DNA of 38,107 bases from Rhabdochlamydiaceae bacterium (GTDB lineage Bacteria; Chlamydiota; Chlamydiia; Chlamydiales; Rhabdochlamydiaceae): the NCBI GenBank assembly GCA_044226975.1, contig JBGAFY010000001.1, forward strand, positions 1-38,107, in the 5' to 3' direction. Of this stretch, positions 17,860-27,979 are shown one piece after another (the first letter of the stretch is position 1; each line of letters opens with the position of its first letter). The notes below the pieces were generated by a model that was not told the DNA's origin, searched no databases, and worked only from the letters and a program-made list of their open reading frames with translations. Both the position numbers and the translations under genes were made by a program.

Positions 17860-18873
17860 ATGCATACAGAATTTGGCACACATACTAGCAGTTTTGTACG
17901 GGACCTCGACGACCTAATCGCTGAAAGAGCAAGCGAATTTCGTGTGCGGTTCATTCACGCCACAAAGTTTTATGCTCTTTTTCATGTGATCTTCGGTGCA
18001 GTGATCTTTATTGAAATACTCGCGTTCTTATTGTTCTTCTCCTTTTTTTCCAGATCCACTCTCCTCGCTGCATCCATTGCAGTCTTCTTTCTCACAGGCT
18101 TTGTCTATTTCCTTTCTCGCTTCTATTTTGAAGCAAAAAAAAATGTCGAATTTTCTTCTCTGAAAGAAGAGATGAAGCACGAATATGAAACATTAGTATC
18201 GGATGCGCCTACACCACAAGAAAAACATATGTTGGTTGCCCGTGCCATGGCGGGTTGCGATGAATCTCTCCGCGGCCTTGAAAAATTCTACTATCCTCAT
18301 TCCTCAGAAGGGCGTGCCATTGATTTGTTGATCCAGAAATTCAGCACTTGGTGTCACTGGAAAGATGTTTTGCTGATGCGCGAGCTTTTCATGGAAGAAG
18401 CCATCGCTCAAGCGATGGAATGGATTAAGAGCGACCCTCTCGATGCCCAACCTCATGCTTTGCTTGTGCAGTTACGAATGTCGCTTTATAGACACTACAT
18501 ACCCGATCTTTCTTTGCCTTGGATCCCTTCAGGATATTCTTCGCAAGAAATGCAAAATAAAATGCGCAGCACAGCAAACGCTGCGTTAGAGGAACTGAAG
18601 ATCTTAACCGAGTTCTCACCTCATGATCCTTGGGTTTTTCTCCTCAAAGGCGCTTTACATAAAGACCTCAACGAATCTGAGCAAGAGATCGAGGCGTATG
18701 ATCGTTTATGCTTCCTTCAACCATCTGATTCCACTCATTTGCTGCGTCTCGGAACGCTTTTCTTTCAACATGGGCATGCCGCAAAAGGCCTCAAAATATA
18801 CCAGCAATTGAAGAGCCTTAGCCCAGAACATGCTGAAGAACTCCTCAAATCATACAATAGACCTCTTGTGTGA
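17860..18873 (+). CDS. membrane protein with two TM helices and a C-terminal TPR-like region
   Basis: The first ATG is at 17860 (the track ORF starts at TTG 17806). Hydrophobic segments LFHVIFGAVIFIEILAFLLFF and LLAASIAVFFLTGFVYFL. TPR-like C-terminus (AYDRLCFLQPSDSTHLLRLGTLFFQHGHAAKGLKIYQQL). Confidence 0.6.
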   Translation: MHTEFGTHTSSFVRDLDDLIAERASEFRVRFIHATKFYALFHVIFGAVIFIEILAFLLFFSFFSRSTLLAASIAVFFLTGFVYFLSRFYFEAKKNVEFSSLKEEMKHEYETLVSDAPTPQEKHMLVARAMAGCDESLRGLEKFYYPHSSEGRAIDLLIQKFSTWCHWKDVLLMRELFMEEAIAQAMEWIKSDPLDAQPHALLVQLRMSLYRHYIPDLSLPWIPSGYSSQEMQNKMRSTANAALEELKILTEFSPHDPWVFLLKGALHKDLNESEQEIEAYDRLCFLQPSDSTHLLRLGTLFFQHGHAAKGLKIYQQLKSLSPEHAEELLKSYNRPLV

Positions 18874-18943
18874 CCAAGAGACTGTTCTAAAACCCATACT
18901 TGGCTGATTTCTGAAAGTTGGTATAAATAATTTCAGAGATCAT

Positions 18944-18971
18944 TTGACTTTCGCTTCAGTCTAGGTATAAT
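18944..18971 (+). promoter_or_regulatory. candidate sigma70-type promoter for the TPR/vWA operon
   Basis: TTGACT (18944-18949), 16 nt, then TATAAT (18966-18971). This is about 80 nt upstream of ATG 19054, which has a GAGGTG RBS. Confidence 0.45.
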
Positions 18972-19053
18972 CGCAAAAAATAATGTCAGTCCTAACCTTG
19001 TTTACTTGAGAGTTAGGACACCGATAAATCTAAAGCTTTGGAAGAGGTGATGC

Positions 19054-21818
19054 ATGAACAGACAATTGCAAGGGGCCTTTAAAAAAATCTCAACTTCGGC
19101 GCTTCTGGGTACAGTATGCTTTACAGCAGCGTTATCCTGTATGGACCATTCCTTTGCCGTTGATAAAATAACTGTTCAGGGACAATCCTCGGACAAAATT
19201 AGCGGGCAAGAAGCCTTAAGTGTTCGCCGTATCATCGAATTTTGGAAAGATCAAGACTACGGCTCTGCAAAAAACAGATCTTAACATTTCTTGACCGATT
19301 TAAAGACAGCAAAGCGCGAGATCAACTTTTAGCAATGCTCGGTGATCTTTATATCAACGAAGGCAACAATCGCGCCGCACTTGAGTCTTACGAGCAGATC
19401 CAAAACATTTCTGTCCTTCAAAAAACAGCCCTTCAACGCGCTGAATGTTATTTTGAACTTAAAGATTACGATAAAGCATTCCAAGCAGCAGGATTATATT
19501 CCGCCTCTCTTTCTGGCGACCGTTCTTCCAAATTACGTTGGCATTTCTTGATGGCTGAAAGCTTAGTCAAAAAAGCAGAAAAAAATGCAGATTCAAATGA
19601 AAAGAACATCCTCCTACAAAAAGCATTAGAAAATTACAGCGCCCTTGAAAATTCTCCTTATCAAGACCTCGCACTGTTTTCGATGGCGGAAATTTACATT
19701 CAGTTAGACGACAAAGTACAAGCCTCTGACGTCTACGAAAAACTAGCTAAGATCCATCCAGAAAATCAAGAAGCACTTCTTTTCCAAGCTGCAAGATGCC
19801 TTTATAATGAAAATCCTCTTTCCACAGCGCGCATCCTTGGCAATATTGCCTCAAATGGCGGACAACATGCAGAGATTGCTGCTTATGACCAAATGCAGAT
19901 CTTATTCAAAAACAAAAAATTTGAGGATTTCCTTTCTTCTTACGAGAAATTCCATACCCAAATTCCTAAGGACAAAGAGTCATTTGCTCAATACATGGCA
20001 GGTAAAAGTCAACTTGCCTTAGGAAACCGTAAAGAAGCTGCAGAACTCCTCAAGGCTTATGCCAAAGCCCAAGTTGGACCCTCGACGTATCTAAAATCTG
20101 CCCTTAACGCACTATTGAACTTAAGCGCTGAAGATCAGAGCTATGAACTTGCAGATGCAACAGCTTCGCTCTTCTCACAATTTTATCCTCAAGACAAAGA
20201 GAGAGCTGAAGCGCTTGTTCTCCACGCACAACTTAGCATGCAAGATGAAAAATACGATCAAGCAATGCAAGATATCGATGCTATCATGACAGCATTCCCA
20301 AACTACCATCAGCGAGAGGCTCTTTCTTTAGATAAAGCCCTCCTTCTTTATTATTCCGATAACTTTGAACAGGCACGGTCCTCCTTCTCACAATTCATTG
20401 AAGCCTATCCTCATTCTTCGGACGCTGCAACTGCAATGCGCTTAATGATCCATTCTTCAATTTCAAGTTTGCAAAAGGCATCGGCAGAAGATCAATCCAT
20501 CGCACAGAACAATCTTATCGATGATCTTACAAAAGTATTCTCACATCAAAACGTCTTGTCAGAATCTGATCAGCGGTCCCTTTTAAGATTGTATTTTGAC
20601 ACCATGTTAAAAACAGGTCAGGAAAAAGAAGCGCTTGTATGGCTGCAAAACAATTCAAATAAGTTCACTCCTGGACAATTGGAAGAAGCACAGCTCATCC
20701 ATGCGCAAACTCTCGTTTCAAAATATGCCGAGCCAGAAGAATTTGTCAGCCACGGTGAAGAGATTTTAAAAGACTCGCCACAGGTATATTCATTTTTGCA
20801 TATCCCTCTCTACAATAACTACATCTCTCTTGCAAGAAAGTCAGGACAAAAGGATTCCTCCCTATTACTTGACAAAGCAGCCGAACACCTTTTTGCGGCA
20901 TTTAACTCATCTCCAACTAACATCCAAAGCCAAAACCTCCAATGGCTAGCCGACTATTATTATATCCGCGCCAATGACTCTCCGGCAGCAGTAGACAATG
21001 GCCTTAAAATGTTCAATCATCTCGTTAACTTGCCTTCGTCTAAAAGCTTGCAAGATCCCGTTGCCCATGAAGAAAACCTCCTAAAGATCGCTGATCTTTT
21101 AGAAATGCAATCTGATGACAAAAACGAACAACTCCTATTGGAAGATCTATGCAGCTTGTACCAAAAAAATCCTAATGCTGGATGGAAGTTCCAAAAAAGG
21201 GCGTATTATCAATTAGGCCAAGTCTACGAAGCACAGAAAAACAACCATAAAGCTTTGGAACTCTATCAACAGATCCTTGCAGTTGATGATTCCATGAACT
21301 CTTATTTCTCAGATGCCGCAACACTCCAGTGCTGTAAAATTCTCTATGCAACACTCTCTCCCGCTGAGAAAAAGGAAGACGGTGTTCAAATACAAGAAAT
21401 CTTACAAAGCCTGAAAGATCTACAAATCAAAAGTCAGCTTGTTTCTGAGCCGTTACACATCGAAGCTGCTGTTGAATATGCTTCGATCCGTGGATCCCTT
21501 GTAGACCCAGTAGTGCAAAAAGAACGTAAGATATTCTTCCTTAAGAGGATCTTGGATGATTACAATTCCAAAGATTTTCTATCACAACAAGACAAGTACC
21601 CTCAGCAATGTGAATTATTGGACAATTATCTGAGTTTCATCCAAGCTGAGATCGTTCGTTTGGAAGGAGAAATTGCCAGTGGCAATCTTCAAAACCAAAA
21701 GGCACTGGACCTAAAATCGCAAGCTAAAAGAGATTTGGATACATTGAGCCGTAGTCAAGATCAGCTCACTCCTTATCTTTTCTCAAAAATTCAAGAGAGC
21801 CTGGAGGCACTGCGTTAA
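19054..21818 (+). pseudogene. large secreted TPR-repeat protein; the signal-peptide part is separated from the 858-aa body by one frameshift (or consensus error)
   Basis: ORF 19054-19284 encodes a signal peptide (ISTSALLGTVCFTAALSC). ORF 19242-21818 carries many TPR-like helical pairs. The frames join as ...DYGSAKKQILTFLDRF... if A6 at 19269-19274 is read as A7. Confidence 0.7.
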
Positions 21819-23575
21819 TGAACCCCGATACATGGAAAAGACGCCGCAGACTGGTCCTTCTTGGATGTTTAGCAGGATCTGCGGCCATCCATGCTCTTTT
21901 TGTGCTCTACTTATCTAGATCTAGCTCCTCAATTGATGCGAGCTCACAATCACCTCTAGCTAATAACGAGGTCCTGATAGATCTAAATGAAGTTTATAGT
22001 CCTGCTATAGCTTCGCCAGCTCATGAGGAACAAGCACAAGAATTACCAACGGTCCAAGCTCCAGAGTTGCCGTTAGCAAACAACACCCAAAAAGATACTC
22101 AAGCAAGCAATAAGCTTTTTGTCTCTCGTAAATTCGCAAAAGATCCCGCCAAAGACTCGGAAATTGCGTTTATCAAACCTCCAGAGATAGAAATTGATCA
22201 AGCAACAATTGAATCACTAGAAAGTTTGTGTCTAGATAAAGCTGCATCGATATCTTCTGATGCATTTGATGCAAATCAAGACATGCCTGTAAGTTTTACA
22301 TTCCCTCCTCTCATTGATTACAACGCTCCAAAAATAGACAAAGACAACCCTTTCTTTATTTCCAGTACGCTACAGCCTGCTCTACGCACTCTCGCTATCC
22401 ATCCACAAAGCTCTAAAGAAGACGACTTGAGTGATGTCCTTTTTTTTCCACTCGAGTCTCTCCCTACAAATAAAGCTAAAGAAGTGCCGAAAAAAGCCCC
22501 TAAATTTCGCGACTATGGCCTGAATAGCGAACTAGTCAACTGCAGTACTTATGAATCCTCTAAAGCTCCTATACAAGCAATATGCTCTGAAGACCTGGAA
22601 AAAGGGGGATATTATTTTTCTGTAAAGCTTACCCTTCCCGTCCAGAAACAAAACAGCTTCCCTCAGAACTTTTACTTCGTCATTGATAGGGCGTCCCTCA
22701 TGGACCGCCATCGTTTTGGCACCTATAAAAAAGCTGTGATCAAAGCCCTTAAATACATTCCAGAAGGTCAACATTTTAACATCCATATTATCGGCAGAAA
22801 AACTACTACGATGAGCAAAAAAAACCTCGTGGTTAATTCCAAATCGCTTTCTTTTGCCGAGGCCTTTCTAGAAAAACAGCAGGACAAGCTCCCATACTTT
22901 GCACAAGACATTTCGGCCCAAATAGAAAAAATTTACTGGCCCGAACAAGACGATGATACCCTCAACACAATTGTAGTATTAACAAATGGCAAAACATCTG
23001 CTAATGAAAGAAAGCGTTGGAAAAGTTTAGATAATTTTCTGCAATCTCACCGATCCTACAAACTTTATACCGCAGCCGTAGGCGGCGACAACGATTTGCT
23101 CTTCTTAGATTTCCTTGCTACCAAAGCAGGAGGAAGATTAGTGTACTCCGACACACACTCTTCCTTTCCAAGAAAGCTCTCCAAGCTCGTTTTAAACCTC
23201 AACAATCCACTCGTTCAAGATATTAGGGTCTTTTGTCAACCCATGCAGCCTGACGCCAAAATCGAGCTCATATCTCCAACAAACACATCTCCCGTCTACT
23301 ACTACGATGAACCCTATGTCATTTATGGCAAGGTTGATCAATTAACTGATTTTGAACTTCAACTAGAAGGCGTGAGCAAAGAAGGGATTATTTCCACTGT
23401 CATTCCCGTGAAAATGATGGAGCGCTCAAACGAAAAGGTCCAAAAGGCTGATCTCAAATTAGCCCTAAAAGGCGCCCATGCGAACATTGATAAATTTGTA
23501 GCGCAAGGGGACAAGAAGAGTTTGAAAAAAGCTAGAGCTGCAGTAGACTCCCTTGGAGTCAAAGCTTTTGAATAA
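21818..23575 (+). CDS. membrane-anchored VIT/vWA-like protein with degenerate MIDAS
   Basis: 585 aa. The start overlaps the upstream stop (TAATG). N-terminal TM LVLLGCLAGSAAIHALFVLYL and a Pro/Gln-rich linker. A vWA-like core follows: FYFVIDRASLMDRHRF...FNIHIIG...IVVLTNGKTS...LYTAAVGGDNDLLFLDFLA. DRASLM stands where DxSxS would be. Confidence 0.75.
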   Translation: MNPDTWKRRRRLVLLGCLAGSAAIHALFVLYLSRSSSSIDASSQSPLANNEVLIDLNEVYSPAIASPAHEEQAQELPTVQAPELPLANNTQKDTQASNKLFVSRKFAKDPAKDSEIAFIKPPEIEIDQATIESLESLCLDKAASISSDAFDANQDMPVSFTFPPLIDYNAPKIDKDNPFFISSTLQPALRTLAIHPQSSKEDDLSDVLFFPLESLPTNKAKEVPKKAPKFRDYGLNSELVNCSTYESSKAPIQAICSEDLEKGGYYFSVKLTLPVQKQNSFPQNFYFVIDRASLMDRHRFGTYKKAVIKALKYIPEGQHFNIHIIGRKTTTMSKKNLVVNSKSLSFAEAFLEKQQDKLPYFAQDISAQIEKIYWPEQDDDTLNTIVVLTNGKTSANERKRWKSLDNFLQSHRSYKLYTAAVGGDNDLLFLDFLATKAGGRLVYSDTHSSFPRKLSKLVLNLNNPLVQDIRVFCQPMQPDAKIELISPTNTSPVYYYDEPYVIYGKVDQLTDFELQLEGVSKEGIISTVIPVKMMERSNEKVQKADLKLALKGAHANIDKFVAQGDKKSLKKARAAVDSLGVKAFE

Positions 23576-23587
23576 TATGTATTTAAT

Positions 23588-24178
23588 ATGAGCATACGTC
23601 TAATTGGCGGGAAATATAAGGGCCGCGTCCTCAAATCCCCCAAAAACACCCTAACACGTCCCACTTCAGCCATCTTGCGCAAGTCTGTATTCGACATCTG
23701 CGCGCCCTGGATCCAAGACGCAAAATTCCTCGATGTCTTCGCTGGCAGCGGAGCAATGGGGCTAGAAGCCTTAAGCCGTGGCGCCCAAGCCTGCACTTTT
23801 ATTGAAAAAGATAGAAATGCCTTAGAATGCGTATACGCAAACATTTCTTTGCTGAAGCTGGATAAAGACTCTGCAGAAGTATTAAAGGGCGATGCCGTTG
23901 CGCAGCTAGAAAAACTCAAGAAAAAGGGATCTCAATTTGATATTGTCTATCTCGATCCCCCATATAGCGCCATCATCGACTCCATCCCACTTGCAGCCTA
24001 CGTATTGAAATTGATCGACCAAAGCGAGCTTTTAGTGCCTGGAGCGATCATCTTTGTTGAAGAGGCTTTCCCTTCAACTATGCATCTCGATCAAATCCAA
24101 TTGCATAAGTTGCGTTACATAGGACATAGGCAGTTCAGTAAAACCCTTTTACATGAGTTCAGAACCCAAGAGGATTAA
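23588..24178 (+). CDS. rsmD: 16S rRNA (guanine966-N2)-methyltransferase
   Basis: 196 aa. RPTSAILRKSVFDI, the SAM motif LDVFAGSGAMGLEALSRGA, and VYLDPPY. The conserved rsmD-coaD pairing supports the call. Confidence 0.85.
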   Translation: MSIRLIGGKYKGRVLKSPKNTLTRPTSAILRKSVFDICAPWIQDAKFLDVFAGSGAMGLEALSRGAQACTFIEKDRNALECVYANISLLKLDKDSAEVLKGDAVAQLEKLKKKGSQFDIVYLDPPYSAIIDSIPLAAYVLKLIDQSELLVPGAIIFVEEAFPSTMHLDQIQLHKLRYIGHRQFSKTLLHEFRTQED

Positions 24179-24219
24179 GTCGAAAATCGACGAACCCTTA
24201 ACTACGCAAGAGGTCTAAT

Positions 24220-24702
24220 ATGAAACGAGCTCTTTTTCCTGGGACATTTGATCCTCCGACCCTTGGCCATTTAGACATCATTGAAAGAGCGATGAAGATC
24301 TGTGATGAGTTGGTCATTGGGATCGCGGTGAATTATTCTAAAGGAGAACAGCATCTATTTTCCTTAGAAGAAAAGATCGCAATGCTCAAGAAGGTCACTG
24401 CGCATATCCCCAATGTAAAAATTGTCCATTTTTCACAGCTTGTCGTGGATTTTGCCAAAGAAAACGAGATTAATTTTATCATTCGTGGGCTACGAGCCTT
24501 TTCAGACTTTGAATATGAATTTCGAATGGCCCTTGCCAACCGGAAAATGGGAGGAGTGGAAACAACTTTTCTCATGGCAGATGAAAAGCATGGACACATC
24601 AGTTCCAGCTTAATCCGTGAACTAGGCCATTATGGTTCTCGGTTCCATGAGTTCGTCCCTCACGTTATTGAAGAGCAGGTCTACAAAAAGCTGAAAAGAT
24701 AG
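24220..24702 (+). CDS. coaD: phosphopantetheine adenylyltransferase
   Basis: 160 aa. LFPGTFDPPTLGHLDIIERA (the T/HxGH motif), RGLRAFSDFEYE and ISSSLIRE. Confidence 0.92.
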   Translation: MKRALFPGTFDPPTLGHLDIIERAMKICDELVIGIAVNYSKGEQHLFSLEEKIAMLKKVTAHIPNVKIVHFSQLVVDFAKENEINFIIRGLRAFSDFEYEFRMALANRKMGGVETTFLMADEKHGHISSSLIRELGHYGSRFHEFVPHVIEEQVYKKLKR

Positions 24703-24749
24703 TGAATCAAGAAGAAACTTTTTTAGCTGATGTTTAGCCGCAACGAAAT

Positions 24750-24779
24750 GTCCCTTTCTCGCTCTCGCGAGAAAGGGAC
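24750..24779. terminator. hairpin between convergent coaD and the MORN-repeat gene (probable bidirectional terminator)
   Basis: Perfect 13-bp stem GTCCCTTTCTCGC / GCGAGAAAGGGAC with a 4-nt loop. It lies between the stop codons at 24702 (+) and 24788 (-). Confidence 0.6.
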
Positions 24780-24787
24780 ATGTATGG

Positions 24788-27403
24788 CTAGACTTTCTTT
24801 CCCTTATTGAAACGCACTTCAGTCACATTTCCTTCTGGAGTAAAGTTCTTCTTTATCCCATCGATCTGGTCTTCGACGAAGACTTGGAAACAACGCGGCT
24901 TGCCATCATCATAGTACTTATTGAGCTTACCGTGACGCATCCCATCTTTATATTCGCCTTCAAACACCAGGGCACCGCCCTCATTAAATTCTTGGGCTTT
25001 ACCATGGAGCTTCCCATTTACGTAGGGATAAACGCTTGCAAGCGAACCTTCTTCATGATAGGTGCGCTCTTCTCCGTCTTTCTCATCCTGGCGGAAAGAA
25101 ACTTCCTTAAATATTTTTCCATTTGGGAAGTATTGGACAGCAACGCCCTCTTTTTTGTCTTCATGAAATGGGACTCGCATATAGATACGGCCTTTAGCAT
25201 CATAAACTTCTGCAATCCCTTCTTTTTTTCCTTGAGAATATAACGTCTTGGAAACAAGAACTCCCATCATGTTAAATTCTTTTGCTTCCCCTTCAGCTTT
25301 GTCGTTTTTAAAAGGTACCTCTAGCGCCAAGACTTTTCCAGCATCTGCTCTCTCGGGATAGAAGATATGATGAAGGCCTTCTTTGACATTGTTCTTATAT
25401 TGGAAAACGATCTCTTTGCCCTCAGGAGACCTCTCAAAAAACCGACCGTCGAGCTTTCCATCTTTATAAAAGGCTTCTTCAACAAGAATGCCCTCATTGT
25501 TCCACATTGCCTTACGTCCATCCAGGTCGCCATTTTTGTATTGGGCCAAGGATTGCAACGTCCCGTTTGGATAATATGTCTTTTGCTCTCCATCAAGCTG
25601 AGCATTGGAGTTATAATGAAAGCGATGTGCAATTTGAGGAGCAGAAACACCTACAAGGACATCTTTAGAAAAATATTCAACTTGCTCGCCCACTGGCTTT
25701 CCTTTATGGAAATTCTTTATGACATGAATTGCGCCATCTGAAAACCATCCTTTGACTTCGCCATCAAGCAGATCATTTTCATAATGAGCTGTTCCTTTAT
25801 GCTGGCCATTTGCATGGTACTCGTCAAGCCGCCCGTATTTCTTTCCTGATTTGAGCTCTACGCGTTCTTTTATATGATCTTTGCCATACCAAGTAGTAAA
25901 GATTCCATTTGGCTCGCCATCTACAAAAGAGCCTTCTCCAATCAAATCGCCTTTATCATTCCATTCGCGATGCAGGCCTTGTTTTTTTCCTGCAACAAAG
26001 GCGCCCTCAGCTTGTTTTGTCCCATTTGCATGCCAATAATGGATTGTTCCCTCGAGATTTCCATGGACGTAATTTTCTTCAAATTTTACTTTCCCATCTG
26101 CAAACCATTCTTTGCATAATCCATGCTTCTCATCCGCTACATGCTCTAAGCGAAGATAGGGAGCACCGTCCTCATAAAACTCTTCATGGACTCCTTGTTT
26201 TTTCCCGTGGTCATAAAAAGTATGAACCTTCAATTTTCCATTAGCGTGATATTCTTTCTGTTCTCCAGTCAGCTCGCCATTTTCATAGTGGTAGTCTGTT
26301 AGCAATTGCCCATCATTGTTCCACGTTCTAATTTGTCCATGAGGCTTATTGTCTACTAAGAAAAATTCTGAGAGGATTTGACCTTTTTCATCCCATTCGC
26401 GGATTGGCTCTTTTAAATTCCCTTTTTCGTCATAAAGGGCAAGATATGCCTGTTTTCCATTTGGATGGTTTCTCCAATAAATCCCATAACATTTCCCTTC
26501 TTTGAATTCTCCTTCACCAAGCAATTTCCCATCTTCAGCATAGAACTGTTCTTTTCCTTGCTTCAGCCCATCTTTATATTGGGCTTTATAGCTCTGTTTG
26601 CCATTTGCGTGATAACGCATATGTACACCAGATGGCTTTCCATGGATGAAGTCTTGGACCTCTTGTATTTCGCGATTCTCGTAGTAGACTGTTGCTGCAG
26701 GGTTTTTGCCATCAGAATGCAAAACTCCATTGAGATAACGTCTAGAGGCTTTCAATACACCGCTTGGGTACCATTCTAAAGCCGTTCCATGAGGCAAGCC
26801 TTTTTCAAATGGAGTTAAAGATCCGCGGATTTCTTTTGGGTAATATTTGATGCAGTCGCCTTGCAATGCCCCATTTTCAAACATCCCTTCTTCTAATTTT
26901 TCCCCATTTTCATAAAATGAGACAGCAGGTCCATGTTGCAAGCCATTTACAAACTCAGCTTTTGATTTTACCTGGCCATTAGGATGGTATAAATAAGTAT
27001 GCCCATGGAGGCCTCCCTCTTTGAAATAGGCAATGCTCTCAGGCGTTCCAGACTGGTAGAAGACAACGCTTGCACCATGCGGCACATATTCACTGTTCCA
27101 CTGCTCGACAATCTTAGATCCGGCAGGAGCTTTTATTAGATCTGTTTCACTACGGATTGCACCATTGGAAAAGAAATGGACTTCTTTGACAGCAACTTCA
27201 TCGGGGTCTCCCGCATGCTCAAAAAATAAGATCTTTTCAGGCTGGCCATTATCATAACTGGCGAGAATTTTAGGACGCCATTGTGGCTCCCTTGCTTTTA
27301 GGCCATAAGCACTCGATGGAACTTGAGAGACTGCAGCGTTTGAAGCTTGCGGAGCAGCTAAAGTAAAACAAACTAAGGTAATAGCAAAAGGTAACCAACG
27401 CAT
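24788..27403 (-). CDS. secreted MORN-variant (YwqK-like) repeat protein, about 871 aa
   Basis: ATG at 27403 gives the signal peptide MRWLPFAITLVCFTLAAPQASNA (the track ORF starts at TTG 27466). The rest is more than 30 tandem units of about 23 aa, of the form G..xG....YY.NG....E..Y..G..HG. Confidence 0.85.
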   Translation of the reverse strand: MRWLPFAITLVCFTLAAPQASNAAVSQVPSSAYGLKAREPQWRPKILASYDNGQPEKILFFEHAGDPDEVAVKEVHFFSNGAIRSETDLIKAPAGSKIVEQWNSEYVPHGASVVFYQSGTPESIAYFKEGGLHGHTYLYHPNGQVKSKAEFVNGLQHGPAVSFYENGEKLEEGMFENGALQGDCIKYYPKEIRGSLTPFEKGLPHGTALEWYPSGVLKASRRYLNGVLHSDGKNPAATVYYENREIQEVQDFIHGKPSGVHMRYHANGKQSYKAQYKDGLKQGKEQFYAEDGKLLGEGEFKEGKCYGIYWRNHPNGKQAYLALYDEKGNLKEPIREWDEKGQILSEFFLVDNKPHGQIRTWNNDGQLLTDYHYENGELTGEQKEYHANGKLKVHTFYDHGKKQGVHEEFYEDGAPYLRLEHVADEKHGLCKEWFADGKVKFEENYVHGNLEGTIHYWHANGTKQAEGAFVAGKKQGLHREWNDKGDLIGEGSFVDGEPNGIFTTWYGKDHIKERVELKSGKKYGRLDEYHANGQHKGTAHYENDLLDGEVKGWFSDGAIHVIKNFHKGKPVGEQVEYFSKDVLVGVSAPQIAHRFHYNSNAQLDGEQKTYYPNGTLQSLAQYKNGDLDGRKAMWNNEGILVEEAFYKDGKLDGRFFERSPEGKEIVFQYKNNVKEGLHHIFYPERADAGKVLALEVPFKNDKAEGEAKEFNMMGVLVSKTLYSQGKKEGIAEVYDAKGRIYMRVPFHEDKKEGVAVQYFPNGKIFKEVSFRQDEKDGEERTYHEEGSLASVYPYVNGKLHGKAQEFNEGGALVFEGEYKDGMRHGKLNKYYDDGKPRCFQVFVEDQIDGIKKNFTPEGNVTEVRFNKGKKV

Positions 27404-27476
27404 AATAACTCTCTTATTGTAGGAAACATTACGACCTACGATAAGCCATCTATCCCTAAGAAACAAGAGTGGATCT

Positions 27477-27517
27477 AAGAAGAAAAACGCAACGCCCTCA
27501 TAACGAGAGCGTTGCGT
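27477..27517 (-). terminator. rho-independent terminator after the small membrane protein gene
   Basis: 9-bp stem ACGCAACGC (27487-27495) / GCGTTGCGT (27509-27517). On the minus strand it is followed by TTTTCTTCTT. Confidence 0.55.
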
Positions 27518-27533
27518 AATTTAAGAAAAGAAT

Positions 27534-27860
27534 TTACGAGAAAAAACCAACCCAGCACAACAAGAGACCGAAAATTAGCGGTACTAATGACCATGTTGTT
27601 AGGGATTTTTCCATTGATGCCATCATTTTTACTTTGTACTTAGGAGCAAACAATAAGACGATACCACGAATAATCATGATCCAGCCCAAGATTGTGACGA
27701 GCACTGCGAGCTGCATTGTCCACATGTTATATTCGCTTAAAATTACCAAGCCAATCAGCAGGTTCGTTACACCTAGAAAGTAGATGGCTGTAGATGATTT
27801 GCGAATCATTTCTAAAATATGCTTTGCATGGTCGCTGCAGAGAAGCATCCATAAGCCCAT
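27534..27860 (-). CDS. small multi-pass membrane protein; the 5' end is possibly frameshifted
   Basis: 108 aa and mostly hydrophobic. An upstream ORF fragment (MSNSTWLSMIF..., from about 27912) would join in frame if the 6-nt run at 27879-27884 were 5 nt, giving MSNSTWLSMIFGPYFVIMGLWMLL... Confidence 0.6.
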   Translation of the reverse strand: MGLWMLLCSDHAKHILEMIRKSSTAIYFLGVTNLLIGLVILSEYNMWTMQLAVLVTILGWIMIIRGIVLLFAPKYKVKMMASMEKSLTTWSLVPLIFGLLLCWVGFFS

Positions 27861-27979
27861 AATAACAAAGTAAGGGCCAAAAAATCATGGATAACCAAGT
27901 AGAATTTGACATAAACAACTCCTAATTATGATGTGACTCTTAATTACATCCTATGAGGACAATGTTATTATTTGTCAAA

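Noticed and set aside
23359-23919. Minus-strand 186-aa ORF spanning the vWA/rsmD junction
   Set aside because: It overlaps two well-supported plus-strand genes and runs across their intergenic gap. The sequence is low-complexity and Ser/Ala/Phe-rich, so it is not credible as a gene.
24884-26779. Several plus-strand ORFs (81-124 aa) within the MORN-repeat gene, and similar ORFs antisense to gspD (32304-34474)
   Set aside because: All of them are embedded antisense in long, motif-rich minus-strand ORFs. Repetitive coding sequence readily produces open antisense frames.
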